A DNA stretch of 63,228 nucleotides, filler included, from Sandaracinaceae bacterium (lineage in GTDB: Bacteria; Myxococcota_A; Polyangia; Polyangiales; JADJQN01), in NCBI GenBank assembly GCA_947483975.1. It is 11 parts of 11 records of this genome, joined end to end, with 100 filler letters (N's around TTAATTAATTAA, not from the genome) between each part and the next. Parts side by side here need not be neighbours in the genome. Positions count along the whole stretch, not along the records: positions 23,257 to 28,944 come from CANKOL010000340.1; positions 29,045 to 34,706 come from CANKOL010000341.1; 9 more parts are not named here. The stretch is one strand, 5' to 3'. This document shows positions 23,917 to 34,806 of the stretch, piece after piece. The notes below the pieces were generated by a model. It was not told the origin of the DNA. It searched no databases and saw only the letters and a program-made list of their open reading frames with translations. Position 1 is the stretch's first letter. Every line of letters begins with the position of its first letter. Both the position numbers and the translations under genes were made by a program.

Positions 23917-25971
23917 GTGCTCCCCGAGGTCGTGCAGCAGAAGCTCGACGCGCTGCCCGCTCAGCCCGGCGTGTACGTCTTTCGCGACCGCCGCGCCGCC
24001 GTGCTCTACGTCGGCAAGGCCGCGTCGCTGCGCTCTCGCGTACGCAGCTACTTCCTCGCGTCGACGGGGGACACTCGCTACTTCATCCCGCGCCTCGCCG
24101 ACGAGATCGGCGACCTCGAGACGTTCGTCACGCGCTCCGAGAAGGAGGCGGCGCTCCTCGAGAACAACCTGATCAAGGAGCACCAGCCTCGCTACAACGT
24201 GAAGCTGCGCGACGACAAAGAGTACTTGTCGCTGCGCCTCGATCCGAAGGCCGCTTGGCCGCGCCTCGAGGTCGTGCGTCGGCCGCGACACGACGGGGCG
24301 CTCTACTTCGGGCCGTATCACTCGGCGACCTCGGCGCGGGCGACGCTGCGCCTGGTCAACCGGCACTTTCAGCTGCGCACCTGCACAGACGGTGAGCTCG
24401 CCGCGCGCGTGCGCCCTTGCCTGCAGCATCAGATCAAGCGCTGCCCCGGACCGTGCGTGCTGCCTGTCGATCGCGCGCACTACGGCGAGCAAGTCGCCTC
24501 CGTCGGGATGTTCCTCGACGGGCGGCACGACGAGCTCGTGCGCGAGCTCGCGGCGCGGATGAGCGACGCCGCGACGAAGCTCGAATACGAGCAGGCGGGC
24601 GTCTACCGCGATCAGCTGCGCGCGGTCGAGCGCGTGCGCGAGGAGCAGCGCGTCGAGAGCTCGCGCGACGTCGATCAGGACATCGTCGGCTTCTACCGCG
24701 AGGGCGAGCAGATCGAGCTCGCGCTGCTGATGGTGCGCGGCGGGCGGCTGATCGGCGTGCGCACCTACGAGCTCAAGCTGCCGCTGCCCGACGACGAGGT
24801 GATCGCGTCGTTCGTCGCGGAGTACTACGGGCGCGGCGCGTTCGTGCCCGACGAGGTGCTGCTGCCGCTCGCCGTCGAGGCGATGGAGGGGCTCGCCGGC
24901 GCGCTCGGCGAGAAGCGCGGCGGGCGCGCGCCGAAGGTGCATTTCCCGCAGCGCGGGACGCTCGTGCGCCTCGTGCAGATGGCGACGGAGAACGCGCAGC
25001 ACGCCTTCCGCGAGAAGGCGCGCGCGAAGCAGGACGTCGCCGAGCGGCTCGCGCAGGTGCAGAAGCGCCTGCGCTTGGCGACGCTGCCGCGGCGCATCGA
25101 GTGCATCGACGTCTCGCACACGGGCGGCACGGACACCGTCGCGGCGATCGTCGCGATGCGCGACGGGGAGCTCGATCGCAAGGCGTACAAGAGCTTTCAC
25201 GTGCGGCGCGTCAGCGGGGGCGACGACTACGGCGCGATGTACGAGGTGCTGACGCGCAGGTTCCGACGGGGGCGTGAGGGCGACGGCGGCTGGGAGCTGC
25301 CGGACCTCTTGATCGTGGACGGGGGCAAAGGTCAGCTCGGCGTCGCGCTCGCGGCGCTGCGCGATCTCGGCGTGACGACGCTGCCCGTCGCCGGGCTCGC
25401 GAAGGAGAAGGAGAACGTCCTCGGCGAGAAGCTCGTCGACCGCGTGTATCTGCCCGGGCAGAAGAACCCGGTGCCGCTCCGTGAGGGCAGCTCGGCGCTC
25501 TATTTTCTCGCGCAGCTCCGCGACGAGGCCCACCGAGTGTCGAACGCGCTCCGCGTGAAGCTCGGCAAGCGGCGGCGCCTGCGCAGCGGGCTGAGCGACG
25601 TCGCGGGCGTCGGACCGCGCACGGCGAAGCTCCTGCTGAAGACGCTCGGCTCCCTGCGCGCCGTGCTCGCGGCGGACGAAGCCGCGCTCCTCGCGGCGGG
25701 CGCGACGAAGCGCCAAGCGCGGGCGATTCACGCGCACTTCGCCTCGCTCCCCGCGGCCGAGCTGACGGAGAGCGCTGAGGACGAAGCCGCGCCGCTCGAC
25801 GCGGTGGACGCGGCGCGCGCGCTCTTCGAGGTGACGCTCGACGACGAAGACCTCGACGCCGAGGCGCCCGCGATGCGCGACGAGGGCTCGAGCCTCGACG
25901 CCGAAGACGCGGCCCTCGAGAGCGCCTTCGCGCGCGAGCGTGAGCCCGCCGACGACGACGCGCCGAGCTGA
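23917..25971 (+). CDS. uvrC: Excinuclease ABC subunit C
   Basis: GIY-YIG PGVY..LYVGKA..LRSRVRSYF, ENNLIK, RIECIDVSH, PDLLIVDGGKGQ, RDEAHR and HhH GVGP; acidic C-terminal extension. Confidence 0.97.
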   Translation: MLPEVVQQKLDALPAQPGVYVFRDRRAAVLYVGKAASLRSRVRSYFLASTGDTRYFIPRLADEIGDLETFVTRSEKEAALLENNLIKEHQPRYNVKLRDDKEYLSLRLDPKAAWPRLEVVRRPRHDGALYFGPYHSATSARATLRLVNRHFQLRTCTDGELAARVRPCLQHQIKRCPGPCVLPVDRAHYGEQVASVGMFLDGRHDELVRELAARMSDAATKLEYEQAGVYRDQLRAVERVREEQRVESSRDVDQDIVGFYREGEQIELALLMVRGGRLIGVRTYELKLPLPDDEVIASFVAEYYGRGAFVPDEVLLPLAVEAMEGLAGALGEKRGGRAPKVHFPQRGTLVRLVQMATENAQHAFREKARAKQDVAERLAQVQKRLRLATLPRRIECIDVSHTGGTDTVAAIVAMRDGELDRKAYKSFHVRRVSGGDDYGAMYEVLTRRFRRGREGDGGWELPDLLIVDGGKGQLGVALAALRDLGVTTLPVAGLAKEKENVLGEKLVDRVYLPGQKNPVPLREGSSALYFLAQLRDEAHRVSNALRVKLGKRRRLRSGLSDVAGVGPRTAKLLLKTLGSLRAVLAADEAALLAAGATKRQARAIHAHFASLPAAELTESAEDEAAPLDAVDAARALFEVTLDDEDLDAEAPAMRDEGSSLDAEDAALESAFAREREPADDDAPS

Positions 25972-26009
25972 GCCGACCTCAGCGGCCGCGGCGCGCCGAC
26001 GTGGGCGGC

Positions 26010-26276
26010 TCAGGCGTCGGCGGACTTCGGCGCCGCGCTCTTCGCGGCGGCCTTGCTCTTCGCGCCCGGCAAGGCGACCGCGTTCGGGTCCTCCTCGGGC
26101 GTCACCGGCACATCGCGCGTCGTGCCGGGATGCATCGACTCCGCGAGCCGGCGCAGGATCGCCGTCGCCTCCTGCTGCGAGCGCCGCATGATGTTCAGCT
26201 CGCGCGCGATGATGAGCAGCATGAGCAGCACGATGACGAACAGCGCGATCAGCAGAATGACGTCGGTCGTTTGCAC
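26010..26276 (-). CDS. Small single-TM hypothetical protein
   Basis: N-terminal hydrophobic helix; GGAG-like RBS upstream. Confidence 0.5.
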   Translation of the reverse strand: MQTTDVILLIALFVIVLLMLLIIARELNIMRRSQQEATAILRRLAESMHPGTTRDVPVTPEEDPNAVALPGAKSKAAAKSAAPKSADA

Positions 26277-26493
26277 AAGCGGTCTCCTCGTTGGGCCCCG
26301 ACGATACAGCAGAACGACGCACGCGACGGGGCGCTGATTCGCGAGGGTCGCGACTCCGGGTGGCCGATCGGACGCCCCCGACGCGACGCCGGTCGTTCAG
26401 GTGGAGCTCGGCAGGCGACGCGGTGCCTCTGCCGGGCCGGGAGCGCGGCGCTCGAGACAGCCGGCAAAGGACCGTGGAAGAATCGCGTCCCTG

Positions 26494-27672
26494 ATGAGCT
26501 ACGACCTCGCCGTCTTTCGCCCCGTTACGCCGCTCGATGCAGCGAGCGCGGGCCACCTCCATGAGCGCATCTGCGCGCGCCGCCGCGCGCAGCTCGACTT
26601 GCCCGAGTTGGAGGCGAGCCCGGGGCTCGAGGCGTTCTACCGAGCCCTCGTCGCGCGGCACGCAGAGCTCGCGGAGGACGACGAGAGCCCGTTCTCCTGC
26701 GCGATCGATCGCGCCGATCGGTGGGTCGTGCTGAGCGTCGTGTTCTCGCAGGCGGAGGAGGTCGCCGCCTTCGTCCGCGCACTCGCGCACTCGCACGGGC
26801 TCGACTGCTACGACCCGCAGCGAGGCACGCTGACGCGCGCGATCGACGCGCCCCCGGCGGCGCCAGCGGCGCCCTCGTCGCCGAAGCTATCGCCGAGGAA
26901 AGGGCTCAAGCGCCTGCGCGCCGACGTCGAGCCTGCGATGGCGAGGCTCGGCTTCGCGCCCGTGCCCGGCGCGAGCCCGGGGTGGGAGCGCGCGACGCAT
27001 GACGGCGTCGTGCAGCGCGTCTCGCTGAACCTCGGCACCAGCGTTGCGCGGCTCGAGCTCGGCTTCGGCGCGCGGGCCGCGATGAGTCTGGTCGCGCGGG
27101 CGCGCCCCGACGAGCGACGTCTGCTGCCGACGGCGCTGCTGCAGGCGCTGTGGTTCCGCGGTTGGCTGCCTGGCGAGCCGTGGTCGACTGAAGACGACAC
27201 CGCCGGAGAGGAGCTCGAGCACGCCTTCTGCCACGAGGCGTGCGTCGCGCGCGCGGTCGAGGCGCTCCCGCTCGCGGTGGCCCGCTTCGCGCTGCCGCTG
27301 TTCGCGCGAATGCCCGACGCCGCCGCGCTCGACGTGCTGCTCGACCGACGCGAGCCATTCGAAATCGCGCGCAAGAACTGGGGCGGAACGGCGCTGTGGC
27401 AGCAGGCGTGGAACCCCGAGGCGAGCTTCCTCCACCGCGCTGCGCTCCCCCGCGTGGTGGGCGACGCCGCAGGTGCGACTCGCGTGCTCGACGAGAGCCG
27501 CGCGCAGCTCGCCGCGTGGAAAGCAGCGAAGGCCGGCTGGTACAAGCCTGAGCTCGAAGCGCAGCTCGAGGCGTTGGCGGCGCTCGAGCTCGTCGAGCCG
27601 ACGCCTGTCGCGGCACCGCGCAGAGGTCGATCGAAGCCGCCGGGCGCGGCGCGAGGCCGAACGCGGAAGTGA
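26494..27672 (+). CDS. Two-domain hypothetical protein
   Basis: MSYDLAVF...LDCYDPQ N-domain, Pro-rich linker and a second domain; codon usage is gene-like. Confidence 0.6.
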   Translation: MSYDLAVFRPVTPLDAASAGHLHERICARRRAQLDLPELEASPGLEAFYRALVARHAELAEDDESPFSCAIDRADRWVVLSVVFSQAEEVAAFVRALAHSHGLDCYDPQRGTLTRAIDAPPAAPAAPSSPKLSPRKGLKRLRADVEPAMARLGFAPVPGASPGWERATHDGVVQRVSLNLGTSVARLELGFGARAAMSLVARARPDERRLLPTALLQALWFRGWLPGEPWSTEDDTAGEELEHAFCHEACVARAVEALPLAVARFALPLFARMPDAAALDVLLDRREPFEIARKNWGGTALWQQAWNPEASFLHRAALPRVVGDAAGATRVLDESRAQLAAWKAAKAGWYKPELEAQLEALAALELVEPTPVAAPRRGRSKPPGAARGRTRK

Positions 27673-27737
27673 GCAGCACGCGACGTGAGCGCCGCGTCGA
27701 GCACCGGCCCCGCTCAGCGGACGCCGCACGTACGCGC

Positions 27738-28944
27738 CTAAGCCCCCTTCGCGCCCGCCACGACCGGCAGCCGCACCTCGAAGCGCGCGCCCGTCACCTT
27801 GCCGTCGGCGGAGAGCGCGTTGTCGGCCGTCAGCGTACCGCCGAGGCGCTCGATCAGCGTGTGACAGACGGCGAGCCCGAGCCCCGTGCCGCGCCCCGCG
27901 GGCTTGGTCGTCACGAACGGCTCGAAGAGCGTCGCGAGCACGGCGGGCGCGATGCCGGGGCCGCTGTCCTCGACGACGAGCGACACCGTCGTCTCGTCGT
28001 GCCGCGCGACCGTGATGACGATGGTGCCCTCGCCGGCGACCGCGTCTGCCGCGTTGAGCAAGAGGTTGAGCACGACCTGGGTGAGCCGATGCGCGGCACC
28101 GAGCACGCGCGGCGCGTCGTCGTGCAGGTGCTGCTCGATCCGCACGAGTCCGAGGTCCTTCTGCGGCGCGACCAAACGGACCGCGTCGGCGACGACCTCG
28201 CGGAGGTCGCTCGTGACGTCCGCCGCCTCATCCTCGGCGTCGTTCGACTGCCGCGAGAAGTCGAGCAGCTCGCGGATGATCCGGTGAATGCGGTTCGTCT
28301 CGGCGTGGATCCGCGTGAGGAATTCGCGCTCTTCCGCGGGCTCGAGCCCGCCTCCGCGCAGGAGCTCGACGAAGCCGAGGATCGCGGCGAGCGGGTTGCC
28401 GATCTCGTGCGCGATCCCGGCGGCGAGGCGCCCGACGGACGCGAGCTTCTCGCTGCGCACGAGGCCGTCCTGCGCCGCTCGCAGCTCGAGGGTCGTGCGC
28501 TCGAGCTCCCGGAGGCGCGCCTCGAGCGCGGCGCGCTCGGCGCGGAGCTGCGCTGCCATCTCGTTGAACGCGGCGGCGAGGCGCAACACCTCGGCGGCGC
28601 CCTCCTCCGGCACGGACACATGAGCCCCGCCGGCGGCGAGTCGCTCGGACGCGCGCGTCAGCCGCTCGACAGGGCGCACGATCAGATGCCCGAGCGCGAC
28701 GTAGGTAAAGACGAGCACCGTCGCCGTCGTGATCAACAGGTAGAGCGCGAACAGCGGCGCGAGGCTCGCCGCGCCCCCCGGTGGCCTGCGCACCGTCAGG
28801 CGCACCATGCCGCCGCCCGCGACAGGCGCCTCGACGTGCACGCCGCGCCGAAGCTCGCCTCGGACGACGCGGGCTCCCCGCGCATCGACGAGCTCCACGC
28901 CGGCGATCGCGCCGTCGTGCACCAGCGCCGCCGCCTCGAGCGTC
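27738..28944 (-). CDS. HAMP-domain sensor histidine kinase (5' truncated)
   Basis: TM + HAMP, H-box GIAHEIGNPL, N-box NLLLNAADA, DSGPGI and FVTTK..GTGLGL. Confidence 0.95.
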
Positions 28945-29044
28945 NNNNNNNNNNNNNNNNNNNNNNNNNNNNNNNNNNNNNNNNNNNNTTAATTAATTAA
29001 NNNNNNNNNNNNNNNNNNNNNNNNNNNNNNNNNNNNNNNNNNNN

Positions 29045-29251
29045 CCCCGTCGGCTCTGCCTGCGCTGCGTGCCCCGCGGGCAGGGGCGCGCGCGTCACCA
29101 GGCGCTCGCCGCCGGCGTTCCACACGACCGCGCCGACGCCGAGCGCGAAGCACACGACGGCCACCGCGGCGAGCCGCTTCGGCTGCACGCGGTCCGCCTC
29201 GGGGGCAGGTCGGATCACCCGGCGGGCGTGGCTCGTCGCGGCCTTCGGCAC
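29045..29251 (-). CDS. Hypothetical membrane-anchored protein, N-terminus only
   Basis: GTG start with an upstream TGnTACCAC element and one TM helix; runs into the linker. Confidence 0.4.
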
Positions 29252-29358
29252 CGGCGGGTGGTAGCACGAGACGCGCAGGATTTGACGAGTCGCGCAGAAT
29301 CTACGTTATGCTGCCAGCCTAGCGAGGCGCCTGCCGGTGGGCGCCCATGGAGGACTGA

Positions 29359-30195
29359 ATGTTCCGGGCGACGTTCTGGGGAGTGCGAGGCAGCATTCCC
29401 GTGCCAGGCCCGGATACCGCGGGCATCGGCGGCAACACCAGCTGCGTGGAGGTCCGTTGCGGCAAGACCGTGCTCATCTTCGATGGGGGCACCGGGCTGC
29501 GCATGCTCGGGCAGAAGCTCGCGAAGGAGATGCCGCTCGTCGTGCATCTGTTCTTCAGCCACGTGCACTGGGACCACATCCAGGGATTTCCGTTCTTCGC
29601 GCCCGCGTTCGCGAAGGGGAACGCGATCCACATGTACGGCGGCAAGAACATCGTCGGCACCGTGGAGACCGCGCTCGCCGGGCAGATGGAGAACCCCAAC
29701 TTCCCGGTCAAGCTCGGGGAGCTCGGCAGCAAGCTCGCGTTCCACGACCTCGACGCGGGGGAGTCCACGGAGATCGCGCCGGGCGTGCACATCCGCACCG
29801 CGGCGGGCAATCACCCGGGCGGCGTGCTCGCGTACCGCGTCGACTATCAGGGCAAGGCGCTCGTCTACGCGACCGACACCGAGCACAACGCGCAGGGGCT
29901 CGATGAGCGCCTCGTCGAGCTCGCGCGCGGCGCCGACGTCTTCATCTACGACTCGCAGTACACGCCGGAGGAGTACGACGGCGCGACGGGCGGCGGCTCC
30001 AAGCACGGCTGGGGGCACTCGACGTACGCGCAAGGCGTCGCGCTCTCGAAGGCCGCGGGCGTGGGGCAGTACATCCTGTACCACCACGATCCGATGCAGA
30101 ACGACGAGGCGGTCTACGAGAAGGAGCGCCGCGCGCAGGCGCTGCTGCCGAATTGTCAGGTCGCCCGCGAAGGGCTCGTGCTCGATCTTCTGTAG
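29359..30195 (+). CDS. Metallo-beta-lactamase-fold hydrolase (RNase Z/phosphodiesterase-like)
   Basis: WGVRGSIP, GGNTSC, SHVHWDHIQG, TDTEH, WGHS, HHDP. Confidence 0.92.
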   Translation: MFRATFWGVRGSIPVPGPDTAGIGGNTSCVEVRCGKTVLIFDGGTGLRMLGQKLAKEMPLVVHLFFSHVHWDHIQGFPFFAPAFAKGNAIHMYGGKNIVGTVETALAGQMENPNFPVKLGELGSKLAFHDLDAGESTEIAPGVHIRTAAGNHPGGVLAYRVDYQGKALVYATDTEHNAQGLDERLVELARGADVFIYDSQYTPEEYDGATGGGSKHGWGHSTYAQGVALSKAAGVGQYILYHHDPMQNDEAVYEKERRAQALLPNCQVAREGLVLDLL

Positions 30196-30255
30196 GCGTT
30201 TCCACCTCGCGCGCGGGCCGGAAACTTCTCCCGCGCGCGGAGGTCGGAGCGCCGC

Positions 30256-31089
30256 ATGGACCTCGTGACGGCCGCTCCCTCCTCGGTACTTCCGGCGCCG
30301 TCCGCGAGCGGGGGCACGGTCTTCTTCTTCGCCGTGACGCTCGGCTTCACGTGGGCGCTGCAGCTTCCCGCAGCGCTCGCGAAGCTCGGCGTGATCCCCG
30401 GGCCCGTCGAGACGTATATGCCGCTCGTCGCGCTCGGCGCGTTCGGCCCGCTGCTCGGCGCCGTGCTCGCTGCGCGCCGCGAAGGTGGGCGCGCCGCCGT
30501 CCGCGCGCTCTTTCGACCGGAGGGCGTTCGGCGCGTCGGCGCGGGCTGGTACGTCGTCGCGCTCTTCGGCTTCGGCGCGGTGTACGTCCTCGGCACCGTC
30601 GCCTATCGCGCCGTCGGCGGCGCGGACCCAGGGCAGTGGCTCTATCCGCCGGAGAGCGGCGCGCACGTCGCGGCGATGTTCCTCTTCCCGCTCGCGGAGG
30701 AGCCCGGCTGGCGAGGCTTCGCGCTCCCGCGCCTTCAGGCGCGCGTCGGTGCCCTGCGCGCGAGCCTGCTCGTCGGCGTGGGCTGGGCGGTCTGGCACAC
30801 GATGATGTTCCTCACGCAGGGCGTGACGCCGCTCCTCTTCGCCGTGTTCTGCCTGAACATCCTCGCGGGCAGCGTCGTGTTCACGTGGTTCTACAACCGC
30901 ACGCGCGGCAGCCTCGTCCTCGCGTTCGCCTTGCACGTCGGCGCGCACCTGAACAACCCGGGTCACTCCGTGCCGGGGCACGTCGCGCCGTTCGTCGTCT
31001 ACACGCTCGCGCTGTGCGTCGTCGCCGCGGCGCTCGTCGCCTTCGACCGCCAGGCTTGGCGCGGCGTGCGCGCGCCGCTGGCCGCGTAG
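30256..31089 (+). CDS. CPBP (Abi/CAAX) family intramembrane glutamic endopeptidase
   Basis: EEPGWRGF, WAVWH and LHVGAH in a multi-TM protein. Confidence 0.88.
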   Translation: MDLVTAAPSSVLPAPSASGGTVFFFAVTLGFTWALQLPAALAKLGVIPGPVETYMPLVALGAFGPLLGAVLAARREGGRAAVRALFRPEGVRRVGAGWYVVALFGFGAVYVLGTVAYRAVGGADPGQWLYPPESGAHVAAMFLFPLAEEPGWRGFALPRLQARVGALRASLLVGVGWAVWHTMMFLTQGVTPLLFAVFCLNILAGSVVFTWFYNRTRGSLVLAFALHVGAHLNNPGHSVPGHVAPFVVYTLALCVVAAALVAFDRQAWRGVRAPLAA

Positions 31090-31141
31090 TTCCTCGAGGC
31101 GCACTCGCTGGCGGCGCAGCTCCTCGAGGCGCAGTCGCTCC

Positions 31142-32374
31142 TCAGAACGCGCTCGGACGCACGGACTCGCGCGCGCCCGGGCCCTCCGCGCAGAGGCGAT
31201 CGAGCAGGTCCGCGATGTGTGCGCCGGGGCCTTGGCGCCACTCGCCGTTCCACGCCGCGAGCTGGCGGACGAAGGCGTCGCCGAGCCCGAGGCGCACCTC
31301 GAGCGCAGGGCGCGGCTCGTCAGGCATTCCGCGCTCTCGGAGCGGCGTCAGCAGCCACACAGCCGAGTAGCGCAGCGCCTCGAGCAGCGCGGTCATCTGC
31401 ATCGCGTTGAGGCGGATGCGGCGCGTCGTCGGGACGTTCTCGCTCGGGCCGCGCGAGACGACGACCGCCTCGCCGCCGCCGAAGATCTGCAGGCGCCGCT
31501 CGCCGTGCACGGGCGAGTCGTAGGGCGTCCACGAGAGCAGGAAATTCCCGCGCCGGTCGGGCTGCTCGATCAATTCGGTGAGCGCCGTGACGAAGCCGAG
31601 GTGCTCGGGCGGCGCCTCGCGTCCGAGGCGATGCAGCGCCCACGCGACGGCGAAGACGAGCGCGGGGATCGCGTGCGGCACGTCGTCGATCGCGCGCTCG
31701 GCCGCGAGGATGCCCGGCTCGCCGAGGCGCGTCAGCACGTCCATCGCCTGCCAGCCGGTGCTCGCCTCGCTGCCCGGCGAGAGCACGCGCGCCGCGCGGA
31801 GGGCGGCGTAGGCGGCGCCGCCCGGCAGCGCGCGCAGTCGCTCGACGAGCGCCGGGTCTCCGCGGAGCAAGGCGTCGTCGAGGGCGCGCTCGGTCGCCTC
31901 GTCGATGCCCGCGTCGCGGAGGCTGCGCGGCGCCGTCACGAGGAGCTCCGGGATGCCGCTGAGCGCGCCTCCGACGGGCGGCGCCCACGGGCGAAGGCCA
32001 GCGCTCGCGCGCACGGCGTCGTAGCCGAACGCGATCGGCCAGCGACCGACGCCGCGCCGATCGAACGCGAACGAGAGATCGAGCACGGTGCGGAGCGACT
32101 CGCCCGGACGCAGCCGCACGAACGCGTCGGGCGCGTGCAGCACGTTCACGTCCGCGAACGACACGCGGATGTACGGGCGGTCCTGCTTCGGCGGCGAGAA
32201 GCGCAGGCTGCGCGGGTAGCCGGGCGCGAACCCGAACAGCCACACCTCCGCGCTGCCGCGGTTCTCAGCGACGAGCGTGAGCCCGACGGTGCCGCCCGCC
32301 TCGAGTGCGCCGTCCGGCGGCACGAGCCCGAAGCGCACCCCCTCGAGCGACACGCCCCACACGATGTCGACCAT
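31142..32374 (-). CDS. Hypothetical protein
   Basis: Long gene-like ORF starting MVDIVWG, with a TACGCT box 7 nt upstream. Confidence 0.65.
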   Translation of the reverse strand: MVDIVWGVSLEGVRFGLVPPDGALEAGGTVGLTLVAENRGSAEVWLFGFAPGYPRSLRFSPPKQDRPYIRVSFADVNVLHAPDAFVRLRPGESLRTVLDLSFAFDRRGVGRWPIAFGYDAVRASAGLRPWAPPVGGALSGIPELLVTAPRSLRDAGIDEATERALDDALLRGDPALVERLRALPGGAAYAALRAARVLSPGSEASTGWQAMDVLTRLGEPGILAAERAIDDVPHAIPALVFAVAWALHRLGREAPPEHLGFVTALTELIEQPDRRGNFLLSWTPYDSPVHGERRLQIFGGGEAVVVSRGPSENVPTTRRIRLNAMQMTALLEALRYSAVWLLTPLRERGMPDEPRPALEVRLGLGDAFVRQLAAWNGEWRQGPGAHIADLLDRLCAEGPGARESVRPSAF

Positions 32375-32412
32375 GGCGCGCAGCGTAGCAGGGCCGCACA
32401 ATCGCCGCGATC

Positions 32413-34305
32413 ATGGTGCCGCGCACACGCCTCCCCTTCGCCGACGCTCTCCGCAGCAGCACGCTCGTCTTCGACGGGGCGATGGGCACCTCGCTCTACG
32501 AGCGCGGGCTCCTCTACACGCAGAGCTTCGACGAGGCGAACCTCTCGCGCGCGGACCTCGTGCGCAAGGTGCACGAGAGCTACGTGCTCGCGGGCTGCGA
32601 CGCGCTCGAGACGAACACCTTCGGCGCGAACGCCTATCGCCTGCGGGCGCACGGGCTCGAGGGCAAGGTCGCGGAGATCAACACCGTCGGCGTGCGCCTC
32701 GCGCGGGAGGCGTCGGCGGGGCGCTGTTACGTCACCGGCGCCGTCGGACCGACGGGCCTGATGCTCAAGACCGTGCGCCCCGAGGAGCACGACGCGATCC
32801 GTCGCGCGTTCGAGGAGCAGTGCGTGGCGCTCCGCGACGCGGGCGTCGACGCGCTCGTGCTCGAGACGTTCAGGCAGCCCGAGGAGATCCGCCTCGCGCT
32901 CGAGGGCGCGCGCGCGAGCGTCGGGGACACGCTGCCGATCCTCGCGCTCGTGTCGTTCGACGCGTTCGGCACGATGGCGGACGGGACTGGCCCGGAGGAG
33001 ACGGCGACGCGGCTCGCGGCGTGGGGCGCGTCGGCGGTCGGCGTGAACTGCGCGGACGGCCCTGCCGGCGTCTACGAGATGGTCGTGCGGATGCGCGGCG
33101 CGGGGCTGCCGGTGGTCGCGATGCCGAACGCCGGGCTACCGAGGCGCGTCGAGGGGCGCTTCGCGTACATGGCGACGCCGGAGTACTTCGCGCTCTACGC
33201 GAAGCGGCTCTTCAAGGCGGGCGTGCGCGCGGTCGGCGGCTGCTGCGGCACGACGCCCGAGCACATCAAGAAGATCGTCGCCTCGGCGCGGATGCTCGGC
33301 GCGGACGACGGCGCGAGCGTCACCGTCGGCGGCGGCGGGATGCGCGCCGACGACGAAGAGGCGAGCCCCGACCGCGTCGAGGCGGCGCCCGGCGTCGAGG
33401 TCGTGCCGCTCTCGCACAAGGGCGAGCTAGGCGCGAAGCTGATGGCGAAGCACTTCATCGTCTCGGTCGAGGTGAACCCGCCGCCGGGGCTCTCGCTCGA
33501 GTCCGCGCTCGACGGCGCGCGCATGTTGAAGGAGTGCGGCGTCGACGTGATCAACGTCGCCGACGGCGCGCGCGCCTCCGCGCGCATGGGCAACCTCGCG
33601 CTCTGCGCGCGCATCCATCGCGAGCTCGGGATGCCCGCGCTGATGCACGTGACGACGCGCGACCGCAACCTCCTCGGGCTCGTCGCGCACCTGCTCGCCG
33701 CGCACGAGCTCGGCGTGCACGACCTCGTGATCGTCACGGGCGATCCTCCCAAGATGGGCGATTTTCCCGACGCGACCGCGGTCTACGATCTCGACTCGAT
33801 CGGGCTGCTGCGCCTCGTGCGCGGGCTCAACCACGGCTTCGATCCGGGCGGCAAGCCGATGGGCGGCGCGACGCGCTTCTTCTGCGCGACGGGCGTCGAG
33901 CCCGCGGCGAAGGACTACGAGCGCGAGCTGCGGCGCCTCGAGCAGAAGCGGAACGCGGGCGCGGAGCTCGTGATGACGCAGCCCGTCTACGATCCGCGCG
34001 TGCTCGAGCGCCTGCTCGACGACGTCGCGGCGCTCGGCCTCCCGGTGCTCGTCGGCATCTTGCCGCTCGCGAGCTACCGCAACGCGGAGTTCCTGCACAA
34101 CGAGGTGCCGGGCATGAGCATCCCCGACGAGATCCGCGAGCGGATGCGCGTCGCGGGCGGCGGAGCGGCGGGCCGCAAGGAGGGCGTCGCCATCGCGCGC
34201 GAGATGCTCAGCGCCGTCAAAGATCGCGTCGCGGGCGCGTACATCATGCCGCCGTTCGGGCGCTACGAGCTCGCCGTCGAGGTCATCGACGGCATCGTGC
34301 GCTGA
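32413..34305 (+). CDS. yitJ: Bifunctional homocysteine S-methyltransferase / methylenetetrahydrofolate reductase
   Basis: DGAMGT, TNTFGAN, GVNC and GGCCGTTPEHI, followed by the MTHFR domain (SVEVNPP, RDRN, TGDPP, MTQP, FLHNEVPG). Confidence 0.93.
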   Translation: MVPRTRLPFADALRSSTLVFDGAMGTSLYERGLLYTQSFDEANLSRADLVRKVHESYVLAGCDALETNTFGANAYRLRAHGLEGKVAEINTVGVRLAREASAGRCYVTGAVGPTGLMLKTVRPEEHDAIRRAFEEQCVALRDAGVDALVLETFRQPEEIRLALEGARASVGDTLPILALVSFDAFGTMADGTGPEETATRLAAWGASAVGVNCADGPAGVYEMVVRMRGAGLPVVAMPNAGLPRRVEGRFAYMATPEYFALYAKRLFKAGVRAVGGCCGTTPEHIKKIVASARMLGADDGASVTVGGGGMRADDEEASPDRVEAAPGVEVVPLSHKGELGAKLMAKHFIVSVEVNPPPGLSLESALDGARMLKECGVDVINVADGARASARMGNLALCARIHRELGMPALMHVTTRDRNLLGLVAHLLAAHELGVHDLVIVTGDPPKMGDFPDATAVYDLDSIGLLRLVRGLNHGFDPGGKPMGGATRFFCATGVEPAAKDYERELRRLEQKRNAGAELVMTQPVYDPRVLERLLDDVAALGLPVLVGILPLASYRNAEFLHNEVPGMSIPDEIRERMRVAGGGAAGRKEGVAIAREMLSAVKDRVAGAYIMPPFGRYELAVEVIDGIVR

Positions 34306-34307
34306 CG

Positions 34308-34706
34308 ATGCGCGCGCTGCCGTCGGCTCTGCTGTCGCTGCCTGGGGCGGGCGATCGCTCGTTCGACGTCACGCTCGCGAAGGTGCGGCGCATCGCGATC
34401 GAGCACCTGCTGACGCGCTCCGCTGCGGGGCTCTCGCCGCAGCTCGCGCGCGCGCTCCCGCCCGTGCAGTGGGCGCTCGCGCGGCTGTCGAAGAGCGCCC
34501 CCGAGCGCGTCGTCGCGGCCTTCGGCTCGCCCGACGTGCTCGCGCCAATCCTCGCGCTCGCGAGCGGCGCGCACCCGGCGGACGACTGCCTATCGCGGGC
34601 CGTCCCGGCGCTGCTCGCGCGGCTCGGTACGCTCCCTGAGCGCGTCCTCTGGGAGCTCCCGCTCCCTGCGCTGGTGGACGCCTCGCGCGAGCGCGTGCTG
34701 CGCTGC
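34308..34706 (+). CDS. Hypothetical protein, N-terminus (3' truncated)
   Basis: ATG 2 nt after the yitJ stop; frame open to the contig end. Confidence 0.5.
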
Positions 34707-34806
34707 NNNNNNNNNNNNNNNNNNNNNNNNNNNNNNNNNNNNNNNNNNNNTTAATTAATTAANNNNNNNNNNNNNNNNNNNNNNNNNNNNNNNNNNNNNN
34801 NNNNNN

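Noticed and set aside
31091..31139. 19-bp direct repeat with 30-bp period between convergent genes
   Set aside because: Only two copies with no associated gene or recognisable structure; likely a local duplication.
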